Below are positions 24,104-52,853 of a stretch of DNA of 64,000 bases, piece by piece. The notes below the pieces were generated by a model. The model saw nothing but the letters and a program-made list of their open reading frames with translations, did no database searches and had not been told where the DNA came from. The position numbers were made by a program, and so were the translations under genes. The stretch covers positions 4,774,001-4,838,000 of the forward strand of contig CM035351.1 in the NCBI GenBank assembly GCA_020137815.1, read 5' to 3'. Position 1 is the stretch's first letter; the number at the start of each line of letters is the position of its first letter. Origin of the DNA: Hormiphora californensis (lineage: Eukaryota > Animalia > Ctenophora).

Positions 24104-24742
24104 TACTCTCGTGTATAATTGTAGAACCTTTATGCATTTAATGACAATTATTTTGGCCACCAATATGTTGTTTTTCAATTTGAGACAAAAAATGTTCGCG
24201 AGATTTACATTTCTCTCAACAATTTCCCCTGCTAATACTGTGACACGTGTTTAAGTCCCTCTGAGCGCGACCGCCGAACGCTCCAGCTGTAGAGCCTCGC
24301 GCGCGTGCTATTCCGACGCGCAAATCTACTTTTATTTTCTCCCAAGATTCGTTCGTCCACAGTTCGAAGTTGCTTGCGGAGGATTTGTTCAAGCGCGCGA
24401 TATTCATCACTGCACAGTTTTGGCTCAGGAAGTTGTCTGAATAATGCCTATACACACAGCATGTAATGTATTAACACTTCATAGCTAATTAGATCATCAT
24501 GTGAACTTGATCCTTGCCAAGATCGGTCTGGAAATCGCATTGTTAACATTTTGAACCGTTGGACATCGATAGTTACGCAATAGTACCCCTTTCTAACGAT
24601 CTAACCTTTTATTGTTCGCGTTGCCTTACCTTTTCCTTCCCCTGGCCTTTTTAATATGTCCGTGTAACTCCTCTCGTTAGCTCCCTTTCTCACTCTTTCC
24701 TCACATATCCAGTTCTCATAGAGCTTTCTTGAAATTCACACG

Positions 24743-24773
<31 letters not shown>

Positions 24774-24950
24774 AGCTTGATGGAATGTATGTAATTACGG
24801 TTGTTTGTTCGTTCGTATGAGAGAGTTAGTAAGGGTAGATTGTGATGTTTAACGTTTCTCTAGCAATGGTCCCGTGCAGTAGTTACCTCAATTACTCAGT
24901 ATCAATTCTCTTTCTTACATTCATCGTGTGCTCTCTTTCTCTCTCTCCCC

Positions 24951-25034
<84 letters not shown>

Positions 25035-25516
25035 ATGCATTTAAACTACTTAATTCCATGAATTAGGCTACTCGTCCAGTTCTCTATAGTATAGATTTAC
25101 TGACACCGTGTTGTAGGTGCAACACTTTCCTTTGTCACCCCTTTCTCCTTTTACGATATAATGTACGGTGGCACATTTGTAGGTCCCCGAAGCATCAAGC
25201 TCCCCCTGTGTGTCTTTTGTCTCTTACTATCTCTCTATCTCTCCCTCACTACTCTCTCTGTTTTCATTCATTAATTCTCCCATCCTCACCATTCTCTCTC
25301 TTTTTATATTTATGTTTACTCTTCCTCTCTCTCTCTCTCTCCCTCTATCTCCCTTTCTCTCTCTATCTATCTCTCTCCCTCCCTCTCTGTTTTCTTTCGC
25401 TCCCTCCTTCCTCTCCTATAGCATTTCTCACTTTCCTCACCCGTAAAGAGAGTAAAGAAATTACCCTTCCTTTAGTGCTCCCTATCTCTCCCCTTTCTCT
25501 CTCTATCTATCTCTCC

Positions 25517-25576
<60 letters not shown>

Positions 25577-26189
25577 TTTCCTCCTTACTGCTCTGTCTCT
25601 TTCTCTTCCTTATTTTCTCTGTAATTATCTTACTCATGTACAGCTGTGTCTCTTTCTTTCTCTCCGCGCTCCCCATATTTCATACTCTCTTTCTTTTTTA
25701 TTTCCCTTGTCTCTCTCGCGCTCACTTTTTCGCGCTCACTTGCTCTCTCCCTTTCCCTCTATTTTGTATTTATCTCACAAATACAAATGTACTTGTATTT
25801 TCTATCTACTTTTGTCTTTTGATTCTGCGAAGCTGTACATGATATTTCTGCTTTGATAATTTTCATATATTCATGATTATTTCATCATCCAACTCTCTTC
25901 CCTCTTCCACTTCATTCATTACTCATCGAGACTGTAAAAGTGATGAATAGAGGGAGAAAGACGTCGAAAATAAAATCATTTCGTTGGGACTTGGGTACAT
26001 GTGCAGTAGAATCCACAGGTTTCATGAGACGTTAGATATTAGATAATGTTCGCAAAAGGCAAGCTTCCCCTCGTCCGACCCGAAGTTGGAATCATATGGG
26101 TTTAGTTTGTCGAACCGGCAAGTTGCTAACATTTTCAAATCTTCACTACTTCTCAAATGATCCCATACTTTCAGTCTAATCCCAAAATC

Positions 26190-27570
26190 CTATTAAAATA
26201 GAGACAAAAATAACGGCACCAAACTGTGAAATGCCCTTGCATTAGTGCGAGTAGAATAAAATCAATTTTCTATCTAAAGGCCGAGTTTATAGCAAGAAAG
26301 GACTATTTTACAACGAATTCTCTGGTTAGTATGGTAACCAACTCCGTTGTCATGGTAAATCAATCGAACTCTATCGAGTTCTATCGCCAGCAACTGGATG
26401 AAAATTTATCCATTTCATTATGCACAATGCACAGGCTTTGGTTACGAAGTTACCCCTTGCCAGCGTGTGCACGCGAAGGTCGCCCGGCGACAGAGTGTGA
26501 GGTGTCTTCGATACCAAGCACAGGCTTGTGTAACAAAAAGGGGCGTTTTTATAGCTTATTGTTCATCATAACCTGAAATAAATAATTTTCACTACTTTCA
26601 CAAAGGCTCAAAGTTTGAATATCAAATTTGCCAAAATTGTGCAGGGGCCACCCCAAAATTAATCTCTAAGTAATTAATTAATTAATTTTGACTATTCCCA
26701 CTTTCTGTAGATTATATTATATGTTTTATGCATGAAGAACATTCCTAGAAAGTTTCAAGTCGATATTTTAAGCAGAACGGAAAATATAATTTAGTGCATG
26801 GGCAAACAAAATGGTGCAAGGGCACATGTTCAGGGGAAATTTGCACAAATTGTGCAAGGGCAAATTTTGATTAATTTGCCTATAATTAATTACCTAATTG
26901 ATATATTAATCATACGGCTCTTCTAGTACTCTTAGTTATGCTACTAGAACATGCATAGAAAGTTTCGTGTCAAAATATTAAACGGTGTGGACACAGTTCG
27001 ATCATAAAATTGGTGCAAGGGCTGCCCTTGCACCATTTGCCCTTGCACATTGCCTGCCCTTGCACCAAATTCCATTTTTTGCACGGCTCTAACTAACTAA
27101 TTAATTAATTTTGACTATTCCCACTTTTCGAACATCATCTTTTATGATTGAAGAACATTCCTACAAAGTTTCAAGTCGATATTTTAAGCAGAACGGAAAA
27201 TAGAATTTGGTGCAAGGGCGCGGTGCAAGGGACAGAACACGCAATGTGCAAGGGCACGGTGCCCTTGCACCATTTTTAATTACCTATAATTAATTAATTA
27301 ATTAAAAATTCAAAAATCCGCCAACGTCATGACACAAAGGAATACTACAAGAACATGCCTACAAAATTTCAAGTCGATATCTCAAACGGTGTGGCCACAA
27401 TCGTTGACATGTTTTTTGCCCCCCCCCCCCCCCCCCCCCAAAAAAAGACCTTTCTTTGTTCTTAATAGGGCCGGCATTTTTGGGTTTTTGTGCAAGGGCA
27501 AAAAATTTTTTTTTCTTTTTTTCGTTTTTTGCTGTTTTCTTCGGGTCGGAGGTGCCTGCCGGCACCTAAA
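26190..27570. mobile_element. Non-autonomous repeat with GTGCAAGGG/CCCTTGCAC motifs and terminal hairpin (Helentron/HINE-like, tentative)
   Basis: Internal direct repeats (AAGAACATTCCTA.AAAGTTTCAAGTCGATATTTTAAGCAGAACGGAAAATA at ~26735 and ~27151); many GTGCAAGGG motifs on both strands; hairpin AGGTGCC-TGCC-GGCACCT at 27550-27567; boundaries approximate. Confidence 0.45.
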
Positions 27571-27851
27571 TATTCAAAAATACATTGATCTACCCAAGGC
27601 CATGATACCTCATGAAATGCGGCGTGAGCTACATAAAAATACCTACACATTAATACGTAATGTCTTTGTTCTCTAATACGATCTTCTCAGAGAAATGTCC
27701 AATCTTTCATGCAAACAATTTCTCTTTCTTTCATTTTCTCAATCTCACACACAGTCTAATCATATGCAATTTCATCCCCCTCCCCCAATCTAACTTTGAG
27801 TTCTCTAGCGATGCTTTTGAGAGGCGGGCAAGGCATGGCGAGGAGCGTTAG

Positions 27852-42053
<14,202 letters not shown>

Positions 42054-42722
42054 AGGGGAGTAAGGGTTGATTTTGTGAGTCCTAATGTGAGAGAGTGTGA
42101 GTGAGAGAGGGAACGTCTGTTTGTGTGTGTGTGAGTGATAGTGTGTGTCATGTGTTTTGGGACTGCTCATTGTTTAACAACTGAATAGAAAGAAATTGAT
42201 CGGTAGAGAACCTTTTACTCAATTAAATTCTCGAGTTTGTCTTAGTCGGGGGGCCCTCTTAGTCCAAATATACTGGGCCAGTATTACTGGCTCAATTCCA
42301 AATTTAGTCCGTGTGGCCAAAATTGTCCCCTGTCGCGTAACGTAACGCGCGACCGTTTTTAATCTATGCTGCTCTGCGAACACGCGCCGCGCAATTTTTG
42401 AATTCACGATCAAATTTTCATGTTTTTTCAGATTTGTTTCCGATTTTTTTTTCTGGAACTCGAAACTTTTAAAAGAATTTCGCGTCCCACCCTTTATGAC
42501 TTATTTTACGGCATTTGATAATAGTCTGGACCATTCAAAATAATACTTTTATCATTATTGAGGATATTGCGCATATTTTCAGTCACTTTTTGACTGTCAT
42601 ATATCCGCTAGGGCGAATTTCAGAAAGTAAGCCACGCTGCCTCGAGTCTGTCAGGGTCCAGGGACTAAACTAATGCTTAAAAATTGATCTACTAATATTC
42701 TTTCACTTTCTAGGTGTGATTA

Positions 42723-45128
42723 ATGAGCTTTTTCAAGAAGAAATCATCCTCGAAAAGATTCCAAGAGGGTGCAATCGAGTGCTCCGACTTTGAGTGTGTT
42801 TCGTTTCAAGACAAGCCATTCACTTCCAAGCCACCCGACAATCCCCCTCCTCCTGTTCCCGCTCCCTATCGGTTTGAGAGGAATGAAGTCAGACAGTCAT
42901 TCAGTGAGGGAATGGATCCCACTCGATACGCCCATCCCAAGAGTAGTATTGCTTCGGTAAACAACCTCGGACCAAACGACCGGAAACTGTCTGAGTCTCA
43001 CATTTTCCAACCGGACAATCACTCATCTCTCGACCACCTGGCTCAACTGCAACGAAAGCGTCCTGGCTCAGCCCGGTACAGTACTAGACCCGGTCAATCG
43101 GCTAACGGACACAGACACGGCTCCTCCTCATCTCTCTCCTCGACTTCCTCCATCAGCTCCAGCTCATCCTTTTCGAACAACCACACCACCAGTAATGGCT
43201 TCCAGAATGAGTTACTACAAACCATCAACCAGTCAATAAACCAACTGTCAATGATGGGAGAAGAGGAGCCATCAGCTATCAACGCACCACCCAAACCTAA
43301 GCGACCATCAACTGATCGTGTAAAAACGACCATGGCGTTCTATGCGAACAAGCCCACCTTTGGCAGGGATGCACGGGGTGGATTGCGCCAGGTAATTAGT
43401 CATGAACATACACACATGCAGCAGATCATTGCAATTATCATTTCCTATTCATTTGGTTGTGTACTCTGCTGTTTGGTTGTACAGTGTGTTGTGTGGTATA
43501 ATACCTAAACTAAAGGTGTGTCAAAACGAGAGTGTGAACTGAGGAAATATGTTACTGTGGTTATGAGTCTTATGAAAACCACAAACTAATTGTCAGAACA
43601 TAGCATTATATTATTTCACTATTTCATCAGAAACTAACAGCACACAGAGAGAAAAGGGCGAGTTCCCTACTGCACATGTCGGGCTGTGTGCCAACAGGGG
43701 TGGCAATAAGCGGTTTACCCGGCATCAACAACGTGTCGGTAATTGACCGCCAAATTATTTTTCAATTAACCGCATTAATTTCAACTCCCTCTGTGCCAGA
43801 CTCACTTCCCGTTTACCGTTTTTGTTTCCCCCTCGTTGTGTTTGGCATGCCGCGTACCAAGTTCCTCCCGCCGCGTATCTCCATGGTAAATAACAGCAGC
43901 ACGACAAATCGAGGAGTTGCTGGTGGTTCGTGTTCACCAGCTAGAATTACAAAACCTAAGAAACCTAAACGTTCAAGATCTGCTGCAAGTGTAGTTACCA
44001 GACCTCGTGATGGGGACACAATAGCAGTGCAGGGTGGTGGTGGATGTGATGGCATAACAATTCAACTTAGCCCACCCTCTCCTTCTTTACCACTCAATGT
44101 AATAAAGCAATAAGGAAGCGCTCATTGAACCTTTCACTATTTTGGTATATTCTCTCTCCCTCCCAGCCTTTTCTCCCGAGTGGGTGTGTGAGTTACTGTT
44201 AGCCTTATATACCATATGTTGTGCTTGCTCTTCCCTTCTGCACTGTGTCATATTATATGTGTCATATATGTTTATGTACTTAATACGGTGTGAAAAGTAT
44301 CACCTTCTGTCTAGCTGTATCCTAGATTTTGTTTTCCCGCCCCTTTTCTCCTATTCCGGAATGTTGTGTGTATTTTTAGGGGGCCACGGGACATACCACT
44401 GCCCCACGCAAGTACAATTATAGCCTACTGTAGTCGACAGAGAGAGAGAGAGATAGAGAGAGAGAGAATGACAGTGTGAAAACTGTCCGTTTCTTCTTCT
44501 TGTATACACTTGTATCCTTCCCTGTACACTCTCTTGTTTGAACACTGAACACGGTGCAAATTTGGTCTTGTCGTGGAGAGGAGAGATTTGATTCTGTACG
44601 TGAGCTCCCACTGTGCGTAAGAACTTCTAGTTTGGGATCATAATCCTCAGTTGTAATGGTTTATCCAGGGCGGGGGTCATTCTTCAAGGCTGTGTTTGGG
44701 TGACATTGTGTATGTTAATGTTATACCCAGTACCAACGTGACTATGAGAGGCGATGGACTCAGAATGACTCTGAGTGTATGTGTGGGTGTTGGTTCGTGC
44801 TTAGTCTACATGAGGTATCATATAGCTGTGTTATAGTGTGAGAGGTATCGATATCCAATTGCTGTAAACAGATTCCATCTGATACTCCCCCACACACATT
44901 TCAACTGGTCCGCACCTCTCCCATCATTCAGTATTATCATCCAACCCGCTGTTATTCACCCTAAAACAAATCAGTAAGTCGTTACAAACACAATATGCAC
45001 CTTATCAGAGGACAGAGAGTAATTAGCCCCTCTCTCCACTAATTACATCACAATAGGGAGGGATAATTATTACCGCCCCCCACACTCAATCATCATCAGA
45101 TGTTATTTGAGAATCCAGGGGATTTCCC

Positions 45129-45159
<31 letters not shown>

Positions 45160-45524
45160 CTTCTCTCCCGACACGCACACATACATACCCAGTTCTTAAC
45201 GTGTTGACACACTATGAGTTAGGATGTCTCGTGTCTGTTTTCATGTGTCCCTCTCTATCTCTGTCGGCTTATGTTACGCTGTCTGACCTTTATGTTTTGA
45301 CTCGATAGTTGGTAGCCATTTAAACCTCATTTTCTCCCTCTCTCTCTCTTTTCTTTCTCTCTCACTTATGTACAGTTAACCCTTTTGACTCCTATCCGTC
45401 TCTCAGTATTCATTGTTTGTCGTGTGTGAGTGAGAGAGAAGCCAGAGCCGACAGTATGTTGGCTGACGTTGTTGACACCTTATCCAGTCCTTTTTATATT
45501 CTTCCTCTCTCTCTCCCTCTATCT

Positions 45525-45576
<52 letters not shown>

Positions 45577-47510
45577 ATCTTTATCTCTATCTTCCTAGTT
45601 CCTTTCTCTCTCTATCTCTCTCTCATTCTACCTACTCAGATTGCATACGGTTCTCTTCTCTCTAACTCCCAATCGATCAACTCTCACAGTCCTTCGTCCA
45701 TGTAACTCTCTCCCTCTCTCATGTGCCTACTCCTATCAATTTTAAAAAACACACCCTACTGACCTGCCGCGGTCTCCTTCTCTCTTTTTTAGGTCCTCTC
45801 TAACTAACTTTACACTGATAGATAGAGAGAGAGTGGGAGGCCATATTATACCCCACACTCACTGTTTATGCCTTTGTTTCTTGTCTCCTTCTCCGCCTCC
45901 TGATGATTTACGGTGTTGTTATTTGTTGACCTTACGTAACCCCCCCTGTTGTCTCTTCCACCCTCCCTTTGTGTTCTCCACTTCCGCGTTCTGCAGTTCA
46001 TGTTTATCTTATCTCGTATTGTGCGTTCTCTCTCCTACTCTTGTTTCTACAGTATGATACACAGTGCAGTACAGGGCCTCCCGACCACTATCCTCGGTCC
46101 CCATACGGCCTTGGATTGGGCGCCTTGCAAGCGGCTCGCCAGTCCCCGGATGCAGCAGCGCCGGCCCAATACTAATAATCCAATTAGAAACCCTGCTAGT
46201 GCTGGGTTCAAGATGGTTCGCTGGGTAAGATGGGATGAGAGGGTGCCTCTTCTGTGATCCTGATATATTAGATCACCACCACATAACTCACACACACCCC
46301 TATATTCGATATTATATCCCGAGTGCGTCATCGTAAATTCAGTTCGTCATTGTAAAATCAGTACGTCATTGTTTTGTTAATTTCTAACTCTATATCATGC
46401 GGTATATCATCATACTGATCCCATTATCCCTCCTTCCAGTCGTCAGTTGAGGAAGAAATGGGAGGTGAGGGTGGAAGTGGGCAACTATCAACAGCCCGGG
46501 ATGCTTCCCCTCACGCTAGTTCTACTACTATCAACTCTAACGCCAGTAATTGTTCATACCATGGACAAAAGGTGGCCATCTGTAAAGACTTCATTCAGGG
46601 GTGAGTAGTTGTGGAGTTGTTGTTTGTTGTTGGGGACAGGGGGGGGGCCGGACAGGGATGTTTGTTTGTGTGTTGTTGACATAGTTGTGGAATTGTAAAT
46701 GTGGAGTTGTTGTTGGGGACTTGGGTGAGCAGGGGTGAAATTGTAGTGTTGTTGTTGTTTGTTTGTTAGCTGTTGTGTGTTGTTGTTGGCGACAATTGTC
46801 AGGGGATGTGTGTTTGTCAGTTGTGTTTGTCAACTTTGTTTGTTTGTTTGTCACTTGTCAGTTGTTTGTTTTTGTTTCTATAAAATAATAATGTCTCCTA
46901 CTCTCCTTATTTTCTCTTCCTATCGCCCCTCTTCTCTAACCATCAGTCCGCCATAATATCACTCCACTATCCCTATCTCTGTTCACCATCTCTCTCCACT
47001 ATCTTTCACTCCTTCACTATCCCTATCTCTCCGCTATCTCTCTCCACTATCTCTCTCCACTATCTCTCTCCACTATCTCTCCCCACTATATCTCCCCACT
47101 ATATCTCTCTCGGTTCCTGAACGTCTGTGTGTGTCCCCCTCCCTGGAGCGTCTGTGCTCCCCGCCACCTGGTCCTCACTTGTTAGCTAGCGTGTAGGAGG
47201 AGTAGGAGCAGAGAGAGAGAGAGAGAGACAGGATAGAGGAGTACAGAGGTAGAAACTCATATTGTAACACCTGATCGTTTACAGGAACAAGCGAGCATTA
47301 TCAGAACTACTGAAGAAGCTGAACGGCAGACAGACCCTTCGAGATGACCTCAGTATGAAGTGCTGGTCAGACTACTTTGTGTGTAGTGGAAGGTAATTAT
47401 ACAATCATGTTTTTCACAGAAAGCAAATATAATTTGTCGGTACGTGAGTGCTTGTACACAGATCTCTATGCAATTACGTACATGTGAGAGTAGTGCATAT
47501 TTAGACCTAC

Positions 47511-47562
<52 letters not shown>

Positions 47563-47822
47563 TCCCCTCTCTCTCTCTCTCTCTCTCCCTATCTCTCTCT
47601 CCCTCTCGCACGCACAGTCCGTACACAGTTTAATCCGAGTGTGTAAGGGTCGTGTGTGTAAGTGGCATTCGCAAGCAGCTTCCGTCTCCTCGACGCTCTA
47701 GGTGTCAAGGGAAGCTGTTCTTCCATCGCTCTCTCACTGCCTCTCTCTCTCTCTCTCTCCCTCTCTCTCTCTCTATCTCTCCTTCTGCTTCCCTCCCTTT
47801 CACTCCTTTTCTCTCTCTATTT

Positions 47823-47872
<50 letters not shown>

Positions 47873-48277
47873 ATCTTTCACTCTCTACTACCTTGGCCTC
47901 CCACGAAGTGAGAAATGCCCATTTAACCAGCTCACCCAATAACTACAATAGTACAGCCTCAAAAAGTTCAAATTAGCTCCCTTTAGAGTTTAGCTTTCTA
48001 TATCTTCTATAAAAACATGAAATAACTACCAATAATGTTTCTATTCATATTTTGAAAATTTGAAACTTCTCCATGCCGATTATAAGAGGCCCCATTCTAT
48101 CTCAAATATTTGTTGCCCCGGTAGAATTATAACCCATGATTTCTCCCCTCTCCTCTAACTGTGTAACCTAATTGCAGGATACTTTTAGACCAAGAACGGA
48201 AAAGTCTGGCTTGCTACAAAGTGCGATGTGCCACTGCAAACAACCTGTTACTCCCTCAGAAAATCTACCTCGCCAGG
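42723..48277 (+). CDS. Kinase-like N-terminal module A (disordered N-terminus + pre-kinase helix + beta1-beta3, ending YLAR) of a PEAK1/PINK1-like protein
   Basis: Phase-consistent exons 42723-43391, 46440-46600, 47285-47392, 48178-48277: ...ICKDFIQGNKRALSELLKKLNGRQTLRDDLSMKCWSDYFVCSGRILLDQERKSLACYKVRCATANNLLLPQKIYLAR|GT. The helix followed by WSDY recalls the PEAK1/PRAG1 alphaS helix and WSDF. Confidence 0.65.
46054..46224 (+). CDS. Probable alternative first coding exon for kinase module A (57 aa)
   Basis: Acceptor TTCTACAG just before ATG 46054; ends RW|GTAAGA in phase 0, matching the phase-0 entry of exon 46440. Confidence 0.5.
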
Positions 48278-48894
48278 GTAAGCTCGATTAGGGAATGATG
48301 TTTTGAAGGGAGGAAAATGATTTTGAATTGGGTTTGGTGAGGGGTTTGCGAGGGTAGAACGACATTAATTTTAGGGAGGGGAGAATAGCACGGAATTGGG
48401 ATATGACGTTAGCTGATACTATCAGTCATGAAATACACAACGTGTGTGTCTTTTTCAAACCTTTCTTTCCTAATACCGAAAAATGGAAATTAGATTACCA
48501 TGCAAGGTGGCAATGGGTAGTAGACCACGATTCAGAAGGTTTTGCGTGTTTTGCTGCTGTACTGTCAGTTGTTCCATGCCGTGTGTATACGGTTTATAAT
48601 TGGTTGGGTTCCATACTTTCCAATCGATATGTAATGCCGTGAAAGCTGCATCATATCCCAACTGTTCATTCCAGAGAGAAACTGCATCTTTCCTCATAAT
48701 ATGTGACATATTATTGTGGCGCCTATATCTCACATCCCTCCCTTTGTTTGTAAAGGATAAATTATATGCTTTTCACAAAGAATGCACACACAAAGTGACA
48801 AGCGGTGTGTATCGCGTACTAGTCGGCTCCTCCAGGCGTTCCTGAATGAACAGGGTATGTGTGTATCAGCTTACAGAGAGGCTTGTGTCATTGT

Positions 48895-48943
<49 letters not shown>

Positions 48944-48948
48944 TCTCT

Positions 48949-49063
<115 letters not shown>

Positions 49064-49439
49064 ATAGCTATCAATGTTAGAGCTCCACGCCCCGCTACCT
49101 GAGAGTAGCAGCACATACACACACCTTATCTCTCATGAGACACGCACTAACTATTGGGACGATACATACTGTCTACCTTGTTCCAATTCCAAGTATGGTG
49201 ATTGCTCGATTTTATTTCTGCCTGATTCGATGACCATAACTTGGTTTTACTGCTTCTTGTCGTGCGACTAAAGCCCCTACTTTGTCAAATTTCAGATTGG
49301 TTCGGGCCAAACGATACAGTCTAAACAAGTCATAACTTCGTACAAATAAACCGGAGACGTTCCACTGTTACCCTACTGCCCCTGCACAGTTTGATGTAAT
49401 TGTCAACTGATAATGTATTACCTTTTTCTCTGTTTCTCT

Positions 49440-49473
<34 letters not shown>

Positions 49474-49510
49474 ATGCTGCTCTCTCTCTCTCTCTCTACT
49501 CTTCTCTCTC

Positions 49511-49602
<92 letters not shown>

Positions 49603-50938
49603 TCTCCTCCTCCTCCTGCATATTATACACTCTGCGTATGTGTTTCTAACAAGCTAGGAAACTCGTTCATGTATGTTTTGTTTTGTCGGTTGACTGCGAG
49701 GAGAGAGAGAGAAACGTGTGCAGTGAGTGATTCTCTATGGAACGAGACGCAACCTTTCAATATTATATCTTGGTTGGTTGGTTGGTGAGAGCAGTTGGTG
49801 CTTTAATTTGGGATGTTTCGATATATCTTCAAGTCGGGATCTTGTCACATGGAGTCCTGTGTCAAATTGAATGGGTCCCATACTCCCATGATGATGAGAC
49901 AGAGAGGTCAATCTGGGCTAACAATTTCAATTGATAGCATAGTGAGAGACCGAGATAGCAGATAGAGAAAATGAGAGAGAGAGTGAAAGTGCTCATGTGA
50001 TTACTGGTGTGAAGATTTACAGTATACTCCCCCTGTAGAGCTGCTGTAGATCTCTCTCAGTGTTGTTATTCCTTATTAGGTACTGCACATGATGATGTCC
50101 TCGGAATTATATGCATGCAGGAATTATATCGTTTCGTTAGTTAAGTTTTTAATGTTTTAATTGTTTCCAGTTGTCTAAGCTATGTGACAGAGAGCTCCCT
50201 ATATATTGTTCATCAATGATTTACATGGCCTATTATCCGGTTATTAAACAAGCAGGCGATGCTCTAACAAAAGTTAGGCTGTCGATATAAAATCAGTAGT
50301 ACCCGGTTTTAAACTCGCTATTGTCGTCTTATCAAGCTATTGTCGTCTACTGTCTAACGACAGATCCCTCTTCTTTGTTATGTCAATTGAATGTACACAT
50401 TGTAGTGATTGATTGAAAGTGATGAAAGTTATAGAGGTGTGAGAGTGAGCACGCCCTGGATGTGATGGAGATCAGATTTGTACACCACACACACAGCTCC
50501 ACTAGTATACACCATGTTGTGTGGGAATCACGTGTCAGTGAAGTATGCCAGCACGCTGTACTGTCATCGACCATTTACCTACAAATAACCCCCTTCTGCA
50601 CTTCTCTTTCTATCACTATCCTTCTATCATTCTCCTTCTTTTTATCACTTTCCTCCTCTAACATTCTCTCTCTCTCACTATCATTCTCTTCCTCTATCAT
50701 TCTCCTTCTATCATTCTCCTTCTCTATCTAGCTTTATAACTCCCTTTTCCCTTCTCTACCCTCCCCAAACTACCCCTGGTTTTGTGCGTATCTCTATTTC
50801 TAAAGCCGCCGCTCTTTATTTTCGCCGTTTGTTCTAGTTCATTTTTATAACACAGCGTCCTTGTTCTCTTAGAGGATGGGTGGGAGTTGTATGTTTGCAT
50901 GCTGCAAGGGACGGAGTGACGTCAAACATTCATCTCTT

Positions 50939-50970
<32 letters not shown>

Positions 50971-51003
50971 TTCTATCTTTCTCTCTCTCTATCTCTCTCT
51001 CTA

Positions 51004-51071
<68 letters not shown>

Positions 51072-51563
51072 TTCTCTCTTTCTCCCTTCCACGCTTCACG
51101 TTGTGAAAATAAAAACCAGTTCATTTCTCTCTCTGTTTTGCCAGCTGCCCTAACAGCCATTATTTTCTCAATTCTCATACTCATTCCACAACTTGCCCTT
51201 TTCCATGTATTTTGTCATGTTTAAAATACTGTTCTACATTCCTCCTTACAAAGACTATAGTTACCACGAGATCAATAACTGGAGGATAATATGCCTTAGC
51301 GGACATAATTTATTACTTGAATATCTCTCCCCATGTCCTATATAATATCATCCTATTCCTCGAAACTTCCCTTCTCCCAACTGCCAATGCCGGCTGCCCG
51401 GCTCCCACTCAGATATCAACGAACTCTTGTTTTCCACTGTGCGTGTGTGACCTGAATGCCATCCCATCAATTAGTAATTCACACGTAGCTCAATATGATA
51501 TGTAAGGAACTATCTTTCTTAATTCTCTCTCGCTCTATCATAATTCCTCTCCCTCATTTTATC

Positions 51564-51806
51564 CTAAACGAGAATAATCATACACCCGGTGGCCCATATA
51601 AATGTGATATATCCTTGCCTAGCCCCTAGTGAAAGATAGGGAACGAGCTCCCTCCTTTTAGCTTTCTGTATTCTGTTTGTTTTGCTAATTCTCTCTTGGC
51701 TCAAGTATCTCGAGACATTGTTCCAAACTGTTTCCGCGAGAGAGATGGAGACAATAAGCGCGATAGAGATATATAGAGAGTGATGTAGATACTTAGTGCA
51801 GGCCAT
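51564..51806 (-). CDS. Possible small secreted-precursor ORF (signal peptide + KAKRR), intronic and antisense
   Basis: MACTKYLHHSLYISIALIVSISLA-ETVWNNVSRYLSQERISKTNRIQKAKRRELVPYLSLGARQG...; no homology recognised. Confidence 0.25.
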   Translation of the reverse strand: MACTKYLHHSLYISIALIVSISLAETVWNNVSRYLSQERISKTNRIQKAKRRELVPYLSLGARQGYITFIWATGCMIILV

Positions 51807-52606
51807 TGTCTGCCTATTCTTCATTAGCTCATTTGTCCGACCCCCAGGCCTGTTCTACAGTTAGTGCTAAAAACAAGTTTTCCTCCGCAGCTGCTGCTGC
51901 ATTCTTCCAGCCTTCCACATACTTACTTCGCTCCCTCTTTTCCCATTCTTCGTACATCGCCTTTTAGTCTTAATTTAACCCTATTCCATCTATCTCTCAT
52001 TGTAGCTCTTTCATTTTCTTTCTCACGCACTTTCGTAGAGTGATATGTTTCTATGTGATAAAAAGGTGCAAGATCTTGCCTTTGAACATCTCCCCTCTAT
52101 CTCTCTCTATCTTTGCATATATGATATACTGTTTGATGTTGTCCTCTTTCTCTCATATATATATCCAACATGCAGCAACATTCCCCTGGCCTCGTCCATG
52201 GCCCCAAAATCCACCAGGTCTCCATAGCTCACCCATTGTACTACCTCTGTGCAGTAGTTGGCAATCACAGGTCAATGGTCAGTGGTCACTGGTCACTCCT
52301 CACGAGAGATGTGGTGATATACCTTTTGGTGTTGTTGTTTTGTGCACCATGCCTTTGGTCCTGAGGTTAAACCCATTTAGATTTGGTTGACGGTCGACAC
52401 TTGTACCATAAAACATCCACAAATTATGTTGGTTTTAGTAAGATATCATTGGTCGGGTATATTATATCTGTGTGATAAACGGAGTTTTATGAAAGATTAT
52501 CATAATGAAATGGCTTCGCGGGTTGGTGACAAGTTACGTAGTTGTTCACTTCACCTGCAGCTGTAGACAAACACATGCATTCTCTCCTCTCATCTTGGGA
52601 GAATAG

Positions 52607-52643
<37 letters not shown>

Positions 52644-52822
52644 AAGAGAGAGAGAGAAGAGAAGAGAGAGAGATAGAGAGCAGAAGAGAGGAGAAGAGAG
52701 AGAGGAGGATAAGAAAGAGGAGAAAGAGAAGAAGAGAGAAGAGAGAAGAGAAGAGAGAAGAGAGAGAGAGAGAAGGAGGAACAGAAGGAAAAGAAAAGGG
52801 AGAAGAGAGAAGAGAGGAGAGA

Positions 52823-52853
<31 letters not shown>

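Noticed and set aside
43676-44113. 145-aa plus-strand ORF in kinase intron 1 as an alternative exon
   Set aside because: No convincing phase-0 donor and no recognisable motif.
49297-49350. Candidate next exon for kinase module A after TTTCAG
   Set aside because: Phase-0 frame hits TAA after 17 codons and lacks alphaC/HPN features.
51620-51660. Wnt-like resemblance of ELVPYLSLGARQG
   Set aside because: Lacks the conserved Wnt cysteine pattern and downstream exons.
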